Assembly (NCBI GenBank): GCA_963693365.1 | Contig: CAVNZM010000006.1 | Coordinates: forward strand, 11,101,355 to 11,165,354 | Length of the DNA: 64,000 bases | Source: Amoebidium appalachense | Lineage: Eukaryota; Protista; Ichthyosporea | Reading direction: 5' to 3' | Part shown: positions 28,887 to 64,000 of the stretch, piece by piece | Layout: each line of letters opens with the position of its first letter | Numbering within the stretch: the stretch's first letter is position 1 | Notes under the pieces: generated by a model | Told to the model about the DNA's origin: nothing | Databases searched by the model: none | What the model saw: only the letters and a program-made list of their open reading frames with translations | Translations under genes and position numbers: made by a program

Positions 28887-30750
28887 TGTTTGGATCAAGA
28901 CTTAGCAACAGGCAGGATGGCTGCAGCAGGGTGGTTGCGCAGACGCAAGCATACCTTTGCACATAACACACACACGCACTCACGCACATCGTTTTATACA
29001 GTTCGAAAGAGCACACTTAAGTCTTGGCGCTTTATCAGGCAAAAGGGTCACACCACCTGCACCTGGCATGCATACGTGCACGCTGTATCCCTATCCGAAA
29101 TATAGCCGTGCCTGATCTCTTGTTTGCTTGTTTAATATTCCGCCACTGTTTTTCGTCAAGTTGCCGTATTCTTACTATCTGCCAGCCACCTGGGTTGAAG
29201 GGCCATATCATAATACCATGGAAGTGATTGTGATAACACTTGTGTCCTTATCTCCGATTTATCTCCGTTCCTCCACGTGTGTGGGGCATGTACAGTTCGT
29301 TGCAGGGAGGGTGGATGCACAGGCCGACTGGTCGGACCGTGCCACAAACTTAAAATCAACAACAGATAAGCAGATGCTGAGCACAAAAAGTAGCGGCAGC
29401 AACACGTATGCTCACATACTGTATATTCACCGACCGTCTGAAACAGGATTACTGCGGATATGTCCTGTCGAAAACGCAGCCACCATATATTAGTTTTATA
29501 ACACAATTATAAAAGTAGAAATCGGTTCGGATCCGGAACATCTCGATTCGCCACCTGAAATTCAACATGGCAAGATCTTTAGTAAAAAGGCTCGGAGGAA
29601 AAAACTCATGACAAGCACATCTGCTCATGAACTTTGCCAGAATGTGCCTAAGCCAAGGCCTCATGTGAGGTGCTATACAGATGGCATGAGAAGAAAGCAG
29701 GTGGGGTGAAGCATAGGATAATGACATGAGCACACATGTGAGTGCGAAGTCACAATTGTCGTACGATGCTGCAAAATTAATGGGGCTGGAGTGGAGGTGG
29801 ATCCTGGCGGTGCACCGTGTGAGCTGCCGGGGATGGACAGGGGGTGGGAAGTCTGAGAGCTGAGGGGGGAGTTTGTGGAATGGGCTTGTGGGGAATGGAG
29901 GGCGGGGGGGGGAGGGGGGGGGGGGGGGGGGTGGACCGGGGAAGGGGAGGGAGGAGGAGGGGGAATGGGGGGAGGGGGGGGGGGGGGGTGGGGAAGGGAC
30001 ATGTTGCAAGAGATCTCGCAGTCATGAGGATCATAATGCTGATTCTTCATTCCGAACGTGCGCTAACAGGAAAAGGAAGCCACAAAAAGAATAAAGAAGA
30101 AAAGCCTTGCCCTTAAAAGCTTCAATGAGAGAGGCGGGCAGGGAGAAGGAAATCGAAGATGAGACTTTTGCAAAAACAATAACACAGACACCCTTGCTCT
30201 ATTTATTCCCTGGGTTTCCCGTTTTTATCTGCTTCGTTCTGTTCATCTGTGTGGCTCAGTCGCACATAAACCCACAAATTCACATTAGTCCCGTGTTCAT
30301 ATCTGTAAATGCAGAAATGTAATGTATACAGACTCAAATTTGCAAAGCTACGTATGATATTGAGCCCCATTTTTCAAATTCAAGGCATGTGCATGTTTTT
30401 GAGGACTGATTTCCGGAAATCTACGGGCGCAAATTGCCTCGTCTCCTTTTTGGAACGAAGTGCTGCCTTCCAGTTTAGCGACAAAACCAAGAGGGGCAAA
30501 AAGTGAAGGATCTTGTTTGGATTGAGAGAAAACGAAGAAAAGAAGTGGGGTTTTGTAGGTATAAATAGAGCATGATGCAATAGTGGTGTATAGGTGAGCG
30601 GGGAGTGGGTTGCTATATACGTGTAGTGGATTATGAATCTGCCAGGGACAGGGGACCGGTGTTAAGAGCGAGGGGGGAGTGCTTTTGCAGCCTGAAGTCA
30701 TACAATCTTTTTAGTTGTTTGTGTGGCCACGAGAGGGCCAGGCTCAAATA

Positions 30751-37111
<6,361 letters not shown>

Positions 37112-37243
37112 CTTATAATAAGTGTGTGGGTGGGTGTCTGGGTGTGTGGGTGTGTGGGTTGTTGGGGGGGGTAGGGGGGAGAGGGATGGGGGATGGGTGT
37201 ATGACGTTGTGGGTGTGGGTGTTTGGGTTGCGGTGAGGGTTTG

Positions 37244-37278
<35 letters not shown>

Positions 37279-38343
37279 GTAGGAACGTATGCAGGCAGGA
37301 ACATCTACTTTACCCAGCATTGACAATTCCTAATATAGCATTGTGTTTTACACTCCCAGTCCCTGTAATCTATGAGACGCATGCCTGCTCACTTAATTGT
37401 TTGGCACCATGGGGCTGGCCCCCAATCTCGATCGTAGTTCGAATCGCACCAAACTGCTCTGGCTATGGATGGTGTTCCTGGCTGTGCAGAACCTGTTTGG
37501 AGCCATATTGGCCGTGTGGTGGTGTGGCCAATAAATATTCAGTCTAGATGACAGACGTGGTCGTGCCATGCATATGGCCATTACAGACACCGTAGTCCGC
37601 ATGTGTACGTACGCACGTCTCTTATTGGACCATACATGTGTGCCCACACTAGCTATGTGACGCCATTCATGATATGAAGCCGGCACCACCAGGCACTAAT
37701 CAGGCATTGCATGGCACCGCATGCTCGAATCTGCCTTGCTGGGCTGGCTTTGGAGCTCAGACTCGGCACACTGCCATGTATACCGCAAGGCTGTGGGGGT
37801 TGCATGGTGCAGGTGTATGCGGCAGGGCATGCACGTGTATACGTAGATAGCGCACCACATATTATGAACAGGCCAGGCCACGTGTGCCTGGCATCGATAT
37901 CTACCCACATGGGGTTTTATTCACGCTATGTACATGGTGCAAATACCGGTCTAAGTCTGTTGTGTCCGGCTGTGTGCGTCAAGCAATCATTCAACTGCGC
38001 ATGGGCTCTGGAAATACCGCCACCATCTACGTTACCATATGGGGACACACCTTCACCATTCAGTGCCTACAAACAATCAACTTTACAGAGCCATTCAAAC
38101 ATCCGCGCGTGCTGTGCGTGAAATTTCATGTACAGAGTCATTGCAAGCCAATTGCAAGGCCGTGTGTTCTACACGTACATGCATGCATTGGTGCCAAAAC
38201 CACATTCCTTCATTCGTGTGCATACATACCATTTTATCATTTTTACCAAACTGATAAACAGATGATACAGACCTAATCCGACATCCCTAATTTCGAAATT
38301 TGCTGGAGGGGGTAAAAATACAAAGCCCAGGGGGGGCCCTTAA

Positions 38344-54787
<16,444 letters not shown>

Positions 54788-57144
54788 ATTATTTGCGCAT
54801 GGTTCCCGGCTGCGTGGAGTGTGTGGACACCGCCTGGGCAAGCTTTCAGAAAGCACCAAAGCGCTACTGATGAGCCGCACGCACAAAGCACCACAACGCA
54901 ACGGGCAGTGGCGAAGGGTCACTTAGACAGAACTCAAAACACGGTTTCCTAATTCTATATGCATAAGCACCCGTTTATCCTGAGCGTGCGCTGGTGTTTG
55001 ATACGCCCAGTTTCCGTCCCGTTTTGTGAACTGTTTCTTAGTTCTACGTTGCAGTTTGCCACCTGTGTGGCTGGCCAAAAACAAAGATGAGGGAGCTCCC
55101 TTGCTAAATTCTATATATTAAAGTACAATCCCCCTTGACTTTCTCATTCATCATGATAAGGGGAGTTTTAAAAAAAAAAAAAGGCTTTCAAGCCGCCCCA
55201 AGTGTGTAATGTTTGATAGGTATTTTGTTGGTGTTTAAAAACTGCATTATATTACTCCTTTTATGATAGAATTGTTTTTAGTTGAACTCAACTTCGTAAT
55301 ACCATGACTGTTCAAGATTAGCATAGAACATAGTACCCTAATCATGATTTTTTTTCCGACTTCAATTTGAAATGAAAATTTAAATGATCTAGTTGAGCCA
55401 GCGAAATTCTATGGTACGCTTCGATTGGCTACACTCAACTGTCACAGATACCCTTGCCCCCCGGGGGGCCGTTTTTTGAGAAATGTTTTTTTTTTTTTCT
55501 CTTTCACTTCAAGTTGACTAGATTCATTCAACCGAATTCAACCGATAGGTGGTGCACGGCAAAAAACAAACAAAAAAGCCTCAAGAGTCATTCGTGGAGC
55601 AAGTGCATACTAGGACATTTCAACATTGTGAGAATTAATGTAATTACAATTGTATTACCTCCAGCGTCGACGTCGGCCATTAACATATACGTATACGTAC
55701 GGTTATGGACTTCTTGTCTTCACTGGATTATCAGTATTACTGTTCCCCTTAAGACACACAGCAAGCACACAGACACACATACACACACACATACGCACAC
55801 ATTGCATTGCAGCAGTCTCCCGATATTTCAGAACCAAAGACGAACCTGAAAAAATTCTCAAATCCCAAAATTATATTTCATTTTGAACCCCTAGATCTAT
55901 AAAAAGGCGCGAGCACATCGAAGGCGCAGACGGCAACTCGCGACGTGCCCGGTGGCAGGAAAAGATACGTCAGGCTAAACCGTAGTACACAGTCAGACGG
56001 TCATAGTATACCGTAGCACAAGCACCACTCTGCAGGAATGATCAGCAGTAGCCTAAACTGGATGTATGCACACAGTTACAGGCTATCCTGTACAGGTTTG
56101 CTGCTGAGGGCATGGTGCTGACGTATTCTTGTGTTCCTTTGCCAGGCACGACATCTTGTCTATATGTCCAACCATTGCAGGCCCCAGGTTGCGGCAACGA
56201 GCTCACTTACTAATAGTAGTAAGTAAGGTCTAGGGCTTCAGAACGAAGGATGTGTAGACGGGAAAAACTCGGTGGGGCCCACTGTGGTCACGGTGACAAG
56301 AGTACGTAATGCACGATGGCCACAAGACACATGCCACCTGGGCAATTGGTAAAAACAGGTTTGCTGACTCCTGGTACGGAGATAACAGGCCCACGCGGGG
56401 GGCGAGTTCCCAGCGAAAACGTGGCCAAAGGCTTTTGGCAAACTGGGGCACTTCAGCGCGTTTCAGCGGCGTATTTACCGCGGCACAGGCTTACCGCGGG
56501 GTGCCTACATGAACGTGTTCAGGGGGAGCTGGCCGTCGCACCGGGGTTCTGTGGTTTAGTAGGCAGAAGTTTTTCCAGCCCCCAACAATTTATCTCGCAA
56601 TCGCGATCATTGGAGGATTGGAAGGGGGGGGTCGGGGCTGGGGGGGGGGGGCGGGGGGAGGGGGGCGGGGAGAGGGGGCCATCCCGTGGCATGCTCACAC
56701 CTGTGAGTGACACACGGCACTGCAGATTCGAATTTTATGTTGCACTTAGGCTAGGAAGCAGCAAGCCTCGTACACGTTGAATACCCCCGTTCACCGACTG
56801 GCCCATACAGGGGGTGGGGAAGAGGGGGGGGGGGGGGGGGGGGGGGGGGGGATGCGCTATAAAGTACGAAGTATACATAAACAACGGGCAACACGATGCA
56901 GAGTGCAAACCACACAAAGAATGCATAACAAGCAGAGCCCATCCTCAGGGCGGGAGGGGGGACGTCATCCACAGTACTCGAGTTTCGACCCATTCACCTC
57001 GGGGGGAATTCAGCGGCCAGTGTGCTGCCACACGATCAGAACACGTCAATCTCTATTCGTTTTTGGGTTGACTCTGTAACCTTATGGAGCCTCTATGCTT
57101 GAACCTGCACCTGCACCCCCCACCCCCCACCCACATATACACCC

Positions 57145-62118
<4,974 letters not shown>

Positions 62119-62630
62119 GTTGGCTGGTGGTCGAAAACCTTGTGGGTGCTTCCAAGCAACTTAAATGCCTGTCCTTGGCTTGCCAACGCTAACCTGTAAC
62201 GAATAAACAACCCACACCAATTCTTCCCCAAAAGTCTGTTCTAAAGCTATATTATCCGCCAACGTTTTGCGTCTTGCGTAGGCTATCTCAAACGAGTGAC
62301 AAACTTCGCCAAGGCGAAAAGGCGCGAAAAAACTTCAACTCCGCGGCGGGCCGTACCCGGAACGCTTCTACAATATTCAGTAAACAGGCGGTAGTTTACA
62401 GTAATGTCTGATTGGCTCTTAAAGCATTTACCTTCTATCTGGTTTGAAGGTGCAACACGCTTATACCATTGGTTCATAGGCATCTAATGTCATGCGCAAG
62501 GGATGTGTGGCTCTGTCCAAGCCATTTGCCAAGAAAGCGCATGCGCTTCACCGTGGCCCACGAGCTCACACAAAAGTGTCACGGCAGATTTTTGCTTCAA
62601 GCGTCAGGTTAGAGTGAAAAAAGCGTGAAA
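62119..62630. promoter_or_regulatory. Bidirectional promoter between the CHZ-like gene and PHB1
   Basis: Head-to-head ATGs ~510 nt apart in microsatellite-free, CpG-containing DNA. ATTGG boxes at ~62411 and ~62468; palindrome AAGCGCATGCGCTT at 62535-62548. Confidence 0.55.
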
Positions 62631-64000
62631 ATGTCTGGTGTAGCATCAGTTCTGGAGGCCTTGGGCAAGGTCGGCGTGGTGCTGACCATGGGGGGTGTGG
62701 TTGTGAACACAGCACTTTACAACGGTATGTGGGAGGAGACAGAGGGCCGGCAGGGGCTAGGGTTTGGGAGTGAGTGGAATATGAAAGAGAGCATGGAGGG
62801 GCGAGGTTTTGGTGGTTGTCTGATCACAAAGGCACGCAGGTTAATGGGTTTTATTTGGTGGCGCCTGTGTGCGTGATAATACGAACGACAGCCAGAGTGT
62901 TTATTAAACCTGGTAGTGTAAAGAGCGACTTTAGGACATCAAGCACTGGAGTTTGTGTGGCTTCCACAAACACACCAACGCTGAGCGCACATCCGGTGGG
63001 CATGCATATGGGCACGATCTGGTTTCGCACACCATAAGATACAGATGTGGCCTTCATCATCGTGCTTATATATAATAAGAAGGACACAAACATGGCGACA
63101 ATGGTACAACCCAAATTAATTATCGCCTTCATTTCTGACTTTTGCTTATCTATTGCGCACTCTCACGCTACCTCTGACCGCCATGTTACCGTGCAGTGGA
63201 GGGTGGGCACCGGGCCGTGATCTACGACCGGTTCCGCGGTGTCAAGGACACTGTGGTGGGTGAGGGCACGCACTTCATCATCCCGTGGGTGCAGCGCCCC
63301 GTCATCTTCGACTGCCGCACTAAGCCCCGCAGCATCAACACCTTCACCGGAACAAAAGGTACAAACTCACTCCCCCCCCCCCCGCCCCCCCCCCCCCCCC
63401 TTTCTCAGGAAAACACACCTGCCCTCCCTTTTTTCTCTCTTCTACACTTTGCCAGACACTCCAGAGGTAGCCAAAAGGAGTACACTGAGGCGGGGTTGCT
63501 TTTTTGCCGGCTTCTGTGATGCCTGGTCCTTAGGTGTGTGTGCAGTTTTGCCACACGACTTTGTGGGTGGGCTTGCCCCCAGCGGGTGTTTGTTGGCAGG
63601 CCGCAGGTGTGCACTTCAGGAGTGACGTGCAAGCTTCGGCTTCTACCGGGACAGCATCCCCGAGTGCTAGAATAGTGCACGATTTACATGGCAACAGGCG
63701 CGGGGGGTTCAGTCGCAAAGTAGTTGCAGCCTCCTGAACGAGCATTGAAGGGGGGGGCAGGTTTTGTGTGTGTCTGTGTGGAGGAAGGGTTTTGAGGGCA
63801 GGATGGACGCGTACCTCCTCCCTGGCAACCTTTGGTCTGGTGGCTGCACCGTTTATTCATTGCCATGGCTGCACCACACAGATCTGCAGAACGTGAACAT
63901 CACGCTACGTATCCTTTACCGGCCACGTGATGCCGCACTGCCGCGCATCTACAAGGAGATTGGTCAGGACTACGACGAGAGGGTGCTGCCCTCCATCGGC
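62631..64000 (+). CDS. PHB1: Prohibitin 1 (SPFH/band-7 family), 3' end outside the window
   Basis: Exons 62631-62724 (..NTALYN), 63197-63358 ([49 protein letters not shown]) and 63882-64000 ([26 protein letters not shown]). Confidence 0.95.

Overview
This is eukaryotic, intron-rich genomic DNA. Nearly all ORFs in the supplied track are artefacts of intronic (CA)n/(GT)n and poly-C/poly-G tracts, so genes were rebuilt by hand from GT-AG exons. Well-supported genes: RAD51B (+, 5' end outside the window), an intronless AMDHD2/nagA GlcNAc-6-P deacetylase (-), TMEM165/GDT1 (+), an FCHSD/Nervous-wreck-type F-BAR + 2xSH3 protein (+), a ~16-kb membrane CHASE-HisKA-HATPase-REC hybrid histidine kinase (-), a small acidic CHZ-motif histone chaperone (-) and prohibitin PHB1 (+, 3' end outside the window). 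There is also one orphan gene and a few weak micro-exon candidates. Animal-like FCHSD, RAD51B and AMDHD2 occurring with a two-component kinase suggest a unicellular holozoan such as an ichthyosporean (inference). The most notable observations are: the CHASE receptor kinase; an intron carrying tandem copies of its own splice junctions; acceptors with a close branch point but no polypyrimidine tract; a 54-bp intronic hairpin; several MITEs; and about five single-base frameshifts in G/C runs, probably assembly errors. No clearly new biological system could be established. Exon coordinates were counted by eye and may be off by a few bases.
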